From Eledone cirrhosa (lineage: Eukaryota): a stretch of 64,000 nt of DNA. The position numbers and the translations under genes are program-made. The stretch is taken from the NCBI GenBank assembly GCA_964016885.1, contig OZ024756.1, positions 39,556,001 to 39,620,000 of the forward strand, given 5' to 3'. The notes below the pieces were generated by a model. That model saw nothing but the letters and a program-made list of their open reading frames with translations. It was not told the DNA's origin and made no database searches. Below are positions 1-14,117 of the stretch, piece after piece. The stretch's first letter is position 1, and each line of letters begins with the position of its first letter.

Positions 1-373
1 GAATTGAAAGAGATTACAATTCTCTGATCACTCACTACGCTAAAATTAATTGCTTGAGAACAAAGTGGGCCATATTTGGGTTAATTAATTTGAAAGGTAA
101 GATGTTTCCCTCTAGAAAATTAAGGTTTCTATATACATATATATCTTCCACATCTGATTATTTGATCTACCCTCACCACAACTATTATTCCTTAGTCCTC
201 ATACTCCACAGCGATCTTTCTACCCCCGATACTTCAGTATTTCATTTTTACTACTATATCTACTCAAGGTTTGAAATGTGAAGAATACACATCACTGTTT
301 CCATTTCCAGCAACGCCATTGAAAAGATGATGTAAACAATTACTATTCATTACAATTATTATCATTAAAATTA

Positions 374-460
374 TTATATATATTTATATATATTTATATA
401 TATATATATATTTATATATATATTTATATATATATTTATATATATATTTATATATATATT

Positions 461-511
<51 letters not shown>

Positions 512-522
512 GTATATATATT

Positions 523-597
<75 letters not shown>

Positions 598-616
598 ATT
601 TATATATATATATATT

Positions 617-695
<79 letters not shown>

Positions 696-696
696 T

Positions 697-727
<31 letters not shown>

Positions 728-738
728 TTATATATATA

Positions 739-790
<52 letters not shown>
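374..790. repeat. (TA)n microsatellite with TTTA interruptions
   Basis: Direct reading; explains the YIYI ORF at 510-827. Confidence 0.97.
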
Positions 791-792
<2 letters not shown>

Positions 793-875
793 ATTTATCA
801 ATGAGTAGAACTGGTGGTTCTGGTTAGTAAACCATGTTGCAATAAATTAATTAAAGCACTCAACGTTATGCAGGT

Positions 876-945
876 CATCCTGGTAGATGTGTACATCCTG
901 GTAGATGTGTACATCCTGGTAGATGTGTACATCCTGGTAGATGTG
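876..945 (+). repeat. 18-bp tandem repeat (CATCCTGGTAGATGTGTA), ~4 copies
   Basis: Direct reading; gives the ILVDVY repeat in ORF 814-1017. Confidence 0.9.
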
Positions 946-2357
946 ATATTGGTGCAGGAACTAAGTAAAGTATTCATTAAACAACAACAGAAGGCCGAAC
1001 TGGAATATATGCTTTAGAATTTTAATTCCGCGAATCGCCATATATATTAGCAAGCTATAAGCAATCAGTATCAGGTTACGCAGTTTTTATTTCAACATAC
1101 TTTCTTGCAGAGTCAAATCATATTGAGGTGTCCGAAGCTACTATGAAATTTTTGTTTAAAGATCTGACAGATGAGATTAAATCAACAGCCAGAAGTGTTC
1201 ATCATTCTAATGATGTTACAAATCTTGCTTCCAATGAAGCCCAAGAAGTGAGCTGATAAATATATATTAGCTTTTGTCTGAATTATCTCTAAGCCATCTT
1301 ACCAAACAAAAAAAGAGATTTAATACTTATGTAAAACCTTATATACAATCTCTAGAAAGAAAAATAAAAGTTACCTCTCTGTGTTGTATAATATATACTC
1401 ATGCATTGCAGAGGACGAGCGTTAATCTAATGTACTTGTTATTTCTAACCTGAAAAACAAAAGACCAGAAAAGGTAGTTTGGTGAATTACATGGTTAATG
1501 TTTGTGAACAATGATAGACGGCAAACGTATCTGCTATAGCAGATACGTTTGCGAAATATGTGTACCATTAAAACAATTATGTGAGAATAAGATGTAGCTT
1601 AGAATAGAATGAGAAGCCATTAAATGTTATATTTTTAATACAAAAATATACAAAACATAAAAAGTATATATAATAAACTGAAATTGATCAAATAGGATAT
1701 TATGTTCTCACAGATCATGAGATACAATATTTATAGCTGAAATCTTAGAATGTGCAAGAAATCCTATGTAATTACAAGATCATACATGATAAATCATAGA
1801 AAGAGAATAGAAAATAATTAACTAGATACATGATAGTTTGCTAAAAATAAGAAGGATCTTAAAAACATGCTAAACTGTTGAGAATGCGTTGAGAAATTTA
1901 TTAAGAACGATAAAAGAAATGTGTAAGGATCTAACGCAAATAAAACAACAAAACTATGTTTAAATGTATAAAATGTAGTGATGTGTAGTTAAAAGATGGA
2001 CATTTATTAAGCAGTGATTCATAATAATAAGAAAGCATAGCTGGTTTTAATCACCGAAATAAAAGAAATCAGCCTCATATTAATTTAGCTATATGACGTA
2101 TTCACGTGGATTAGAAATAGTTATTTCTTTATTTGATTAGAAATGATTTCTTTCTGATATCATCTTATCAATAATATAAACCCCCGCACTTGACCCACCT
2201 TCAACGATGAAAGACAATTTGGACGTCAGTAATTCTTAGATTCGGAATGTAAAGGTAAATTAATTAACGGAAATGATACTGACTAGTGCTTTGCAGATTC
2301 TACCAATTCACAGACATTAATCATCATACTAATAATAATAACAATAAAAGCAATTAT

Positions 2358-2398
<41 letters not shown>

Positions 2399-2402
<4 letters not shown>

Positions 2403-2719
2403 TGTGGAAATTGAGAACTAAAACAATACCAGTGGTTGTAGCGCTCTAGGAATGATACCTAAGGGGTCTAATGATTACTTATCGCAAATCCCAGGAAACC
2501 CGCGTATAGGAGAAATACAAAAGATAGTACTAATCGGAACTGCCCATATACTAAGGAAGATTCTGTCAATATAAGTACATCACAAGTCTAAACACTAAAG
2601 ATGCATGTGTGAGTATGTATGTTCTTTCTTGAACATGGCGGACCTTGTTGTCTCTTGAGGTCACTGGTTGTGACTTGGTGATAACTCGTATGAAGATAAA
2701 GCAAGATAAATGCAACTGT
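2399..2719 (+). mobile_element. 5'-truncated R4/Dong-clade non-LTR retrotransposon 3' end inserted in (TAA)n
   Basis: With one 1-bp frameshift it reads KMWKLRTKTIPVVV(G)ALGMIPKGSNDYLSQIPGNPRIGEIQKIVLIGTAHILRKILSI*, the typical R4/Dong C-terminus. Stop at ~2574, short 3'UTR, (AAT)n on both sides. Confidence 0.85.
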
Positions 2720-3330
2720 AATAATAATAATAATGATGAGGAGGAGGAGGAGGAGGAGGAGGAGGGGGAGTAGGGGGAGGATAAGTGTTCATGCCTTGGA
2801 TAGTGTTATACTCAATAAAGAGGAAAGTGTGTGTTGGTTCATCGATGTTGCTTACACATTTCATGTAAGACTGGAAGATAAAGAACTCAAGAAAATAAAA
2901 CATGAAACATAAAACATAAAAAAAATATACCAAGATGATTTTGAAACTGGCGAAAGTTTCATTCATACAAATATAAATGGCGACAATTTTGGAATGAACA
3001 ACAACAGCAAAAATATAAAACGAACGACAAAAGTAATGATAATATAATCCTCATTGGAGTATTAACGACATCGTAGTATCGTAAGAGGATTAAATAGAAT
3101 ACAAACAATGAAGAAATGAAACAAATTTTACTGGAATTCTAAAAAGAAATTAAATAACAAACAGATTTGAAACAAAGATCACACACAAGAACATTGCTAC
3201 CCACCAAACTATGCAATGCACAGCATTTTAAGATGAAAATATTTATGGTGAAAATATTTATGGCATAAGAGTCGATAAGATATCCACTACTGAAACAATA
3301 CAATTTAAGCCAAATATAATAATATTAATA

Positions 3331-3520
3331 ATAATTGTTTCTACTTTTGGCACAAGGTCAGCAATTATCCCAGTGTATTACTGGTACTTTATTTTATCGA
3401 CCCCCGTAAGGATGAAAGGCAAAGTTAACCTCGGCGGGATTTGAACGCAGAACGTAAAGGGCCGTAACTTTATGCCACGAAGCAGGCAGTCTGACTCTCT
3501 ACCGATTCTGCCAATCCACC
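3331..3520 (-). mobile_element. tRNA-derived SINE family A, near full length
   Basis: Minus strand: A-box-like TGGCAGAATCGG, B-box-like GTTCAAATCCC, core GCCTTTCATCCTTACGGGGGTCGATAAAATAAAGTACCAG, 3' end AGTAGAAACAATTAT. Confidence 0.9.
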
Positions 3521-3771
3521 ATCTTTACTAATAATGATAATAAATGCGCTTGGAACCCCTGTTGTTAAAATAAATTATCTGCCATAAATACGCTTGCAAA
3601 CCCAGTTGTCACCTACAGTTTCAATATTATATATTGGAACGACAACGAAATTAAGAGAATGGACACTAAAATCAGGAAACTTGACACTAAAATCAGCACT
3701 TGATATGTGGAGTTTAGTATGGTGATTAAAATAATTTAATTGGGACGTTGTTGAAGTAATCGCATTGTTCT

Positions 3772-4560
3772 CTAAAAAAAACAACAACAAAGTATTGCGC
3801 CGTTATTGTTATTCTTTTCTTCTGCTTTCTGACGCCAAACTCCGCCAGTTGCAGACTGCGCATTAAAATGTGTTATCTCTCTCGAAAAAGTTCGATCACC
3901 AACAGCAGAGTTCAAAGAGCAAAGATCAAGTCCAGTCCATAAGTTGACATTGTCAAGCCATCGTTTTGGCTGCCGGCTTTTGCTTCTCTTACCAGCCAAC
4001 CTTCCTTCCAGGCATAACCTACTCACACCACGAGTTGATCTTTTTATATGACCGCATAGTTTGATTACTCTTGACTTGACAATTGATGTAATTAGTCTAA
4101 GTCTGGTAATGTTGAGCAGCTCACTGATACAGATATGGTCGCTGAGCTGCTTGCCAGTTATAAGTCTCATGATGTGGTTCTGGAATGTAGAGAGCTTCTG
4201 AAGTGACCTTGTCGTCCAATTAACACAGTCAAGACCATATAACACAATTGGTAGGATGTAAGTATCAAAGATCTTAGCCTTCAAATGATAGGAAACTCGT
4301 TATTGTTATACAAATAATTAATTGTTTCTACTTTTGGCACAAGGCCAGCAATTATCCCAGTGCATTACTGGTACTGTATTTTATCGACCCCGTAAGGATG
4401 AAAGGCAAAGTTAACCTCGGCGGGATTTGAACTCAGAAAGTAAAGGGCCATAACTCTATGCTGTTAAGCATGGTGTCTGACAAATAATTAATGAGAGCTA
4501 GCAGGAGTCTCTCACTCCACTTCAATACTTTGCACTCATTAACACATTTTAGCAAACATA
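3772..4560 (-). mobile_element. RTE-clade LINE 3' fragment (post-RT region), interrupted by a SINE
   Basis: ORF 3772-4284: KAKIFDTYILPIVLYGLDCVNW...LCGHIKR...GKRSKSRQPKRWLD, matching RTE C-terminal motifs. A degenerate continuation appears to lie beyond the SINE at ~4490-4560. Confidence 0.85.
4318..4480 (-). mobile_element. SINE family A, 5'-truncated, with 13-bp TSD ACAAATAATTAAT
   Basis: Family A core and tail; direct repeat at ~4310-4322 and ~4479-4491. Confidence 0.9.
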
Positions 4561-4574
4561 CAATGACTATTTTT

Positions 4575-4740
4575 TAAATTGTAATTCTACATTGTTCCTG
4601 TATCACGCTGAATCTCCGAGAACTACATTAAGGGTACACGTGTCTGTGGAATGCTCAGCCAATTGCACGTTAATTTCACGAGCAGGCTGCTCCGTTGATC
4701 GGATCAACTGGAACACTCGTCGTCGTATCTGACGGAGTGC
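4575..4740 (+). mobile_element. 3' tail fragment of SINE family C
   Basis: TTGCACGTTAATTTCACGAGCAGGCTGCTCCGTTGATCGGATCAACTGGAAC matches a diverged minus-strand copy at ~30100-30230. Confidence 0.6.
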
Positions 4741-5267
4741 TTTCTTAACGTATAAAACTGACTTCAAACTAAGAAGAGTTAATACTTTAATACTTTCTTA
4801 CATGCTGTATTATGTTAAAGAAATTTAGTAAATCATATAAAAGGATAAAAACGTTTTTACATACATTAGTGTATAGGAAATAGATTTGTCACGTATGTGA
4901 CTGTGAGGCAGAATAAATTTACTATATATGTTTTCAATATTTCTCTTAGCGTGTATAAAAAAAGGAAACACGTCGCACATGAAATGGAATGGTTTTGCTG
5001 ATGCAGAGTTATAAATAAGATGTTAGACACATTCTATAGCATCCTTCCTCTTCAAACGTACAAGTTTCTTCCATTATAAGACATGGTTATGTGACTAATA
5101 ATGTGTTGTTTCCGGTCGATACCAATACGTGGAACACGGGACGGGTGAGGAAGTGACGTGTGGAGGTTCCGCTGATTAACTAAGACACGTTCTAATGAAA
5201 ATAAATGCTAGTTGACATTTAATAAGTTTTGACGTATTCTTAAACATCGATAGGCAGGTTCTCTTAA

Positions 5268-5460
5268 TATAATTGTTTCTACGTTAGGCACAAGGCCAGC
5301 AATTACCCAGTGCATTACTGGTACTTTATTTTATCGACCCCGTAAGGATGAAAGGCAAAGTTAACCTCGGCGGGATTTGAACTCAGAATGGTAAGGGCCG
5401 TAACTCTATACGTCAAAGCATGGCGTCCGACCCTCTCCCAATACTGCCAATTCACCGCCC
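5268..5460 (-). mobile_element. SINE family A, full length
   Basis: Complete head (GGGCGGTGAATTGGCAGTATTGG), core and tail. Confidence 0.92.
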
Positions 5461-5538
5461 TCTCATATAATGTATTGCACATTGGTACGAGTTAGTGGAA
5501 ATATGCGACTCTAGATTACTATGCATAAAAATACTAAA

Positions 5539-5738
5539 AATTGTTTCTACTTTTGGTACAAGGCCAACAATTATCCTAGTGTATTACTGGTACTTTATTT
5601 TATCGACCCCGTAAGGATGAAAGGCAAAGTTAACTTCGACGGGATTAACTTTGCCTTTCATCCTTACGGAGTCGATAAAATAAAGTACCAGTAATGTATT
5701 GGATAATTGCTAGCCTTGTGCCAAAGGTAGAAACAATT
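5539..5738. mobile_element. Two head-to-head 5'-truncated SINE A halves (foldback)
   Basis: Minus copy 5539-5645 and plus copy 5645-5738 form an inverted repeat. Confidence 0.88.
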
Positions 5739-5759
5739 TGGGGTATTTTTATGCATAGT

Positions 5760-5835
5760 AATCTACGCATAAAATCTATGCATAAATCTATGCATAAATC
5801 TATGCATAAATCTATGCATAAATCTATGCATAAAA
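5760..5835 (+). repeat. 12-bp tandem repeat (AAATCTATGCAT), ~6 copies
   Basis: Direct reading. Confidence 0.9.
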
Positions 5836-6426
5836 ATACAAAATATTGCGAGTTTCCAAGAAAATAACGACGAAACTCGTTATCTTCTAGTATATCGTCT
5901 GACTTGACAAACAATAGTCTTGTTAGAAAAGTTAGAGGTGTCTTGCTTGGGAAATTATTATGAAATATCAGAAAGGCGTGGCTAAATAACTTTTTGATCA
6001 TATGTCTGCTCAGTCAGTGCTGACGAGGAAGGATCTAAACAACAACAACCATAACAACAGTTGTACAGATCATATTTTAGCCTCAAATTATATGTATTGA
6101 ATTTTTTGTCTCATAATTGCAAACTTAACAGCCACACCAGTTTTCAGTGAAGTAACTTGTTATTTCCTTAAGTACGTAGCTATTTCCTCCAGCTAAATGA
6201 AACACATTTACTACTATTTGTAGTTGTATGTAATACGTAGAATTAGCTACACCACTAAACTATATATCTTCTAAGATGCAATCGTATGATTATATACCTA
6301 CAGGAGTTGTTTCTTTTTCAGAAATTACAGAAAATCTGTTTCTAGTTAGACTTTTGTTATAAATATAATGTAAACATTTGAAATGAAACTATATATGATT
6401 TGGAAGTTTCATATATATATATATGT

Positions 6427-6710
6427 GAAGGCGCATGGCTTAGTGGTTAGAGCAGTAGGCTTGCAATCGAAAGGTTGAGTTCAATTCTCGGACCGGATGA
6501 TGTCTTGTTTCCTTGAGCAAGACACTTTATTTTCACGTTGCTCCAGTTTACTCAGCTGAAAATGAGTACCAGCAATAGCTGGAGGTTTAACCCTGCGATG
6601 GACTGGCGTCCTGTCCAGGGGGAGTCTTGTACTGTCAGTCGCTTCACGCCATGAAACCGGGATAAACACCGGCCAAATGGGCCTTCTAGCTTAAGACAGA
6701 CTTTAGACTT
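6427..6710 (+). mobile_element. tRNA-derived SINE family B with CORE-like central domain
   Basis: A box TGGCTTAGTGG, B box GAGTTCAATTC, CORE-like CCTTGAGCAAGACACTTTATTTTCACGTTGCTCCAGTTTACTCAGCTG, then CCCTGCGATGGACTGGCGTCCTGTCCAGGG and a tail ending AGACTTTAGACTT. Confidence 0.85.
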
Positions 6711-6790
6711 ACGGCCTGCCCGCCCAGCGAGTGGTGTGACCAGCGGCGCCGAATGGACGCCCGACAGACTGGTCGGTCAAGGTGATCAAG

Positions 6791-6830
<40 letters not shown>

Positions 6831-6878
6831 AAATAATTAATGATACTGTAACTTTTTATTATATATATATATATATAT

Positions 6879-6925
6879 AGTAATAATAAATGTGAAGACT
6901 AAAATCCGAAGGGGGCTCGATAAGG

Positions 6926-6980
<55 letters not shown>

Positions 6981-7260
6981 TTTGAGTATGTGTTGGTTGT
7001 TTACTGACACCTCAGTATACAGGTTGGAGCACTCAACGAAGGTCGCAGGTTGGTTTATTTTATTTTATATATATATTAATTTATTAAATTAACAGATTAA
7101 AGTTTAAGAAAAGAATCGCTGCTTTCACCCTTAACAGCGATTCTTTGCTTAAACTTTAATCTGTTATTTTAATAAATATTTGCTCTAGGGTTCTTATATA
7201 TTTTATATATCCTTATCGAGGCCTCTTTGGATTTTAGTCTTCACATTTATTATTATTACT
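6879..7260. mobile_element. (TA)n-embedded foldback element family F2 (Penelope-like pLTR fragments)
   Basis: 6879-6927 is the reverse complement of ~7209-7260. Internal inverted repeat ~7079-7121/7134-7176. Other copies at 38320-38392 and 56005-56128. Confidence 0.7.
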
Positions 7261-7309
7261 ATATATATATACACACACACAAATTAGAATGGTTAATGGT
7301 TTTCCGAAG

Positions 7310-7900
7310 AGGAGCGAAAGTGAACGAAAGATAAAAAACGTGTCTCAATACAGTAGTAGAGAAGGTACGTATTTATTGTATATATAGAAATGGCTCCTAC
7401 AGAACTAGAACTGTTTCATTCGTTTGAATTCATCTGTCAGTATTTCTGGACTTGGCACAGAAGCCCATAAGCAAGATGATATGCCAATATTGACTTCGTT
7501 GATGGGATCTAATTAACCGGAAAAAAACGTTAGGTTGCCTTTAAAGGAGAATCGTCTGAAAAGGTGTCGCCATGACAACTAGATCTTTCCACTCGTGACC
7601 AACATACCGTGGTGTAAGAAAGAGATTTAAGGGATATGTTTTAATCAAGTCTAAATCATCAACGATGCATGACTGAAAGATATTAAGGTACATACATTTC
7701 TATTTCTAATACAGAATCTGTATTATTCTATAGAATAACAAATTCTTTACTCTAATCCTTTCATCCTAGCTTGGTAATTGTTTACAGCGCTCTGATCATT
7801 TATTCAGAAATCAAATTACTTGTGAGAAAGTCGTGAACAATATCTATTTTGGCATTCATAACGGTGAAAGATAAATCTAAATAAAGGCAACGTCTTGGCT
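7310..7900 (-). mobile_element. Degenerate Penelope-like element remnant
   Basis: Minus strand CAGATGA-attc-aaac-gaat-GAAAC-agttctagttct-GTA (HHR-like, core mismatch) followed by AATAAA; weak frameshifted LPYLDL-like motif near 7860-7890. Confidence 0.35.
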
Positions 7901-7986
7901 ATTTTTTCTTCTCATCTGTATTCTCTTTGTATTCCTATGTTGTCTTGTATATTGGACTCCACCAACCTTTGCTTCCACCTTCTTGA

Positions 7987-7989
<3 letters not shown>

Positions 7990-8034
<45 letters not shown>

Positions 8035-8040
8035 ATCTCC

Positions 8041-8096
<56 letters not shown>

Positions 8097-8118
8097 CTCT
8101 CTCTCTTCACACACACAC

Positions 8119-8157
<39 letters not shown>

Positions 8158-8175
8158 ACCTCTCTCTCTCTCCCT
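7990..8175. repeat. (CT)n/(CA)n compound microsatellite
   Basis: Direct reading. Confidence 0.95.
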
Positions 8176-8316
8176 CAACACTCTCTATCAATTGTTCAAT
8201 CTCTATTTCTCTTATATACACTGCCACTATTTACATTCATTTTACAACTTTATTCTGTTTATCATTTCCTCGCTCAGCCTCATTCTTTCTTTAATAAATA
8301 TATTTCTATAGATAAG

Positions 8317-9095
8317 TATATATATGACTATATGGTTTATAGGTATATATATGACTATATGGTTTATAAGTATATATATGACTATATGGTTTATAAGTAT
8401 ATATATGACTATATGGTTTATAAGTATATATATGACTATATGGTTTATAGGTATATATATGACTATATGGTTTATAGGTATATATATGACTATATGGTTT
8501 ATAGGTATATATATGTCTATATGGTTTATAGGTATATATATGACTATATGGTTTATAGGTATATATATGTCTATATGGTTTCTAGGTATATATATATGAC
8601 TATATGGTTTATAAGTATATATATGACTATATGGTTTATAAGTATATATATGACTATATGGTTTATAAGTATATATATGACTATATGGTTTATAGGTATA
8701 TATATGACTATATGGTTTATAGGTATATATATGACTATATGGTTTATAAGTATATATATGACTATATGGTTTATAGGTATATATATGACTATATGGTTTA
8801 TAGGTATATATATGACTATATGGTTTATAAGTATATATATGACTATATGGTTTATAAGTATATATATTACTATATGGTTTATAAGTATATATATGTCTAT
8901 ATGGTTTATAAGTATATATATGACTATATGGTTTATAAGTATATATATTACTATATGGTTTATAAGTATATATATGACTATATGGTTTATAAGTATATAT
9001 ATGACTATATGGTTTCTAGGTATATATATTACTATATGGTTTATAAGTATATATATGACTATATGGTTTCTAGGTATATATATTACTATATGGTT
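8317..9095 (+). repeat. 27-bp minisatellite (TATATATGACTATATGGTTTATARGTA), ~29 copies
   Basis: 9-aa periodicity in the overlapping ORFs (MTIWFIGIY); one further unit at ~9148-9166. Confidence 0.97.
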
Positions 9096-9247
9096 TCCCA
9101 GCATGGCCTCAGCCGGATGGCTGAAACAGGTAAAAGAGGTAAAAGAGTATATGACTATATGGTTTATGCACTCTAATATATCTAACTTCAAGTATTGTTT
9201 GTCAATTTTCAATATTTAGGTTTCTATCTCAGAAACCCGAGAAAATT

Positions 9248-9890
<643 letters not shown>

Positions 9891-10379
9891 GTGGGGGGGG
9901 GTGTAGTCCATTAGAAAGTTCATCTATAAAAGTACATGGCAGTTCCAGTGGGAATTCTAAAACAATCCACATAAATTTCTTTCAGGAACAAATGAATAAA
10001 TTTGTGAAATGGACTTTTAAATTATTGAAATTATAACCCGTTGCTAACAATTATCGCTAGGGAAAAGCATCAATTAATTTGGTGTTTTCGGTGCGTTTTT
10101 CAACACAGAACTATCTATTAACGTATTTATTCATATATATGCTGTTAGGAACATTTATTTGTTTCCATTATCTTGTAATACGTTGTGTTTCTTTGAATTC
10201 TTATTCTTTACTGAGAAACGAGAACTTGTGCTGAAAGCGCTGCTTATAAGACAGTTGACGCCAGGTTTTTATATAGAACCTATCTTATAAACGATGATGC
10301 AGTCTTTGAATGTACATAATCTTTCTCCAAATTAAAACATAGCCTCCCTCTCAGAAACACTCGCATACATACACAAATA

Positions 10380-10929
<550 letters not shown>

Positions 10930-12099
10930 TCTCCGCACAATTTTTCTGTTTTCTAATATTTTGTTTTAGTTGACAAACATGTACACATACTTTTTCAGGC
11001 ATAGTAAACAGAAATATCGGTTTTCTTTTGATCAAACATAAAGACCCTAAATTGTAAGCGGTATGAAATTAGATGTTTTGATGCATATGCCTGTGCCTAT
11101 GTCACTGTACATGGATTTGATGGGAGAAACAGCGACAAGTAATTAAGACAAGCAATCATTTCTTAGCTGAAAAGGATATTACTGCTACAACAACCATTCC
11201 TACTCTTTTAAACCTGATTATTATAGGAGCCTACTATGGAGTCTTTAGAGTAATATCAGAAAATTCACACGCGTCTTCCACCCTATCATCTTAAGAAATG
11301 AAAGGACGTATTGCATAATGTAATCCTAGAAAGAAAATATCTGCAAGGCTAGGATTACTACAGCCATAATTATATTGATTATGTGCTGCTTAGAAGAAAA
11401 ATGAAAGCCATGAATCTTGTACATATTTTGAAGAAGCGCGTAAAGTTTAATTTCCTGTGTGTACTGGTCACGTAACATCTGTGAACATGAAAATGCCTTA
11501 AGATTAAAAAGAACAGTTCATGATATTTGGCTACGTTTGATGTTATTGAGCAAATCTATTATATATTGATTTTCAAGGAAGAAGGAGTGTGCTTTCTAAA
11601 GATTGAAAACTTATCCTACGCATTCTCCTGTTTAAAATAAATGAGCGGTGCAAGAAGGCTGCTAGAATGAGGTAATAGAATAAGTGTACAGAAGCTTATT
11701 GTTGGCTTTTGTAATAGAGACTTTAATCAAATATTATCGTTAAGATAGGAAGATATTAAGGTTTGATTAAATATACAAGAGTGTATTTATTGAAAAATAA
11801 ATGAGTGGTAATCTGACATTGCATCTCCACATGGTACGTTATTATTTCTAAATCTAATATATTATATGCAGTTTCTATGTGGGGAGTTCGGATGGCGAGG
11901 AAGTGCCGTTTATCCCCAGATCAGATGTGAGTGTTGTATATAAACTCCTATTGTGGTTGTCTTTTGTGGTAGTGGTAGTGGTATATTAAAGAGTGTGATG
12001 TTTAGTTTTGACTGGTATTTTCTGCTGTTTCTGGTATGATGACATACTTTTGTTCTTGCTGTCGATTATCCTCAAGTCGAGACTATTTGTAAGGGCCCA

Positions 12100-12266
12100 T
12101 ATGTGTTGTTTCCTTGAGAAAGACACTTTATTTCACGTTGCTCCAGTTTACTCAGCTGTAGAAATGAGATGTTAGGACTGGGGTCCCTATCATTAAATCA
12201 CTCAAGACACCTCCAACGAGACATACCTTGGAGGAGGCCAGCTAAACCTTCATAGGTGTGAGCTGT

Positions 12267-12270
<4 letters not shown>
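12100..12270 (+). mobile_element. SINE family B fragment (CORE-like part plus alternative tail)
   Basis: CCTTGAGAAAGACACTTTATTTCACGTTGCTCCAG, then the tail GTTAGGACTGGGGTCCC...GCTAAACCTTCATAGGTGTGAGCTGTC shared with 30503-30610. Confidence 0.8.
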
Positions 12271-12338
<68 letters not shown>

Positions 12339-13444
12339 AAAGGCGTTTTAAGAGTCACCTTCTTGTCTTTTTTTCCACGTATGTTCGAGATGCACGCAGA
12401 GCAAAGAGACCGTCCTCTATTCACCTATTCAATGTCTATACATCACTGACACGTGGGCTTGTGTCAAACAGATGCTATTATGTGTTGAATCAATATGAAC
12501 ATATGTCGAATCTACAGTGAAATTCAACCAACTCCTTTATTAGCAGAAAAAGGCAAGTTTTTCTTTAAGTGTTCTAAGTGAGAAAGCTTCTGTGGTGGAT
12601 GCATATAAAAGCTTTGAAAACAGAGATTTTCCTATCTGACTATCAGCTTCTTTAAGTAACAATTGAGGAGAGAAATGAGTGTGACGAGCGAGGAGTCATT
12701 TTCTAATGTGGCTAAGGAGAGGTTTATCTGGTTGAGTATATTTATAATAAAAAATCTAAGTGCGATGAAACTCTAATTACATCGTATAAAGAATCTCTTT
12801 AGAACGAATGATAGAAATTATTGAGATAATAATCCAATTAGAAAAGATAAACACATTCACACATGTCTTTAAATTCATTTCCACAAACATATACAAACAT
12901 ATGTTTGTATGTAGGGTAAAGAGAAGGAAATGATCTATAAAGTAGGGGAAAAAATAACAAACCTTGTACCATAAAGGATAAAGAAATTAGCTGAAGATCA
13001 AATGTCTGATTATATGACAGTGTTACTAATTAGAGACAATTTAGTAGTCATCGATATCTGATTGAGCTGCGGATTGGTTGAAAGACTGTAACGAGGAGTT
13101 ACTAAATTGGATTCCTTTGATCCAATTTCATAGATTTTCTGTATTATATATTTTGGTTATTCCACTTTCAAAGGACGAAGAAAATCTGTTCAAAGAATTC
13201 ACCACAGCACAACACATTTTTCTAAACTCTTTCAGTTCTCTATATTGGCATCAAAAAAAGAATACTAATGTTTTAAGTGAAGTAAGTCGTATGAACGACT
13301 GCACCTTCATTGCTGTGATAACCGTCATAATAAATTGTTTTAAAACATACGAGACACGCAAACAAATTAATTGTTCTTGCTCTGGTTTATACAAGTTATA
13401 GTATCCCTCACTCTTCTTAAGATATCTCAACCAGATTATACAAA

Positions 13445-14117
13445 TAATTGTTTCTACTTTTGGCACAAGGCCAGCAATTATCGCAGTGTATTACTGGTAC
13501 TTTATTTTATCGACCCCGTAAGGATGAAAGGCAAAGTTAACCTCGGCGGAATTTGAACAACACTAGTACTTGGCTGGCTGTTTGTTTTCTCAACCCCCGG
13601 AAGTTTAAAAGACAGTGTTGACCTCATTGGAATTTGAACTCAGAATGCATAGTATCATAACAAATACCACAATAGTATTTTATTCGATGCTCCACCAATT
13701 CTGCCAACCCACCACACAATAATTGTTTCTACTTTTGGTACAAAGCCAGCAATTACCCCAGTACATTACTGGTGCTTTATTTTATCGACCCCCTGGATGA
13801 AAGGCAAAGTTAACCTCGGTAGGATTTGAACTCAGACCGTAAAGGAACGTAACTCTCTGCTGGAAAGCATGGCGTCTGACCCTCTATTGATACTGCCAAT
13901 CCACTAATAATACAAATAATAATAAGGATTTCTCGTATAGGCACAAGGCCAGTAATTTTTTTTTTTGGGGGGGGGGAAGTCGATTAAACCGACCTCAGTC
14001 CATTACTGGTACTTTATTTTATTGACCCCGTAAGGATGAAAGGTAAAGCTAACCTCGGCGGGATTTCAGCTCAGAACGTAAATAGCCATAACTCTATGCT
14101 GCAAAGCCACCATGGAC
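13445..14117 (-). mobile_element. Cluster of four co-oriented SINE A copies (13445-13558, 13565-13713 old, 13717-13903, 13922-14117 long-tail variant)
   Basis: Four occurrences of the family A core. Confidence 0.88.

Noticed and set aside
800-1260. Decayed DNA-transposase fragment
   Set aside because: Coding-like composition, but no convincing motif and several stops.
6427-6500. Functional tRNA genes at SINE heads
   Set aside because: A/B boxes are present, but cloverleaves are imperfect and run directly into SINE bodies.
8317-9095. CRISPR-like regular repeat (also 29258-29950 and 57388-57655)
   Set aside because: Units are contiguous with no unique spacers, there are no cas genes, and the context is eukaryotic.
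13371-13556. Recurrent peptide FYFWHKASNY...YFIDPVRMKGKVNLGGI as a gene family
   Set aside because: It is the antisense translation of SINE family A.
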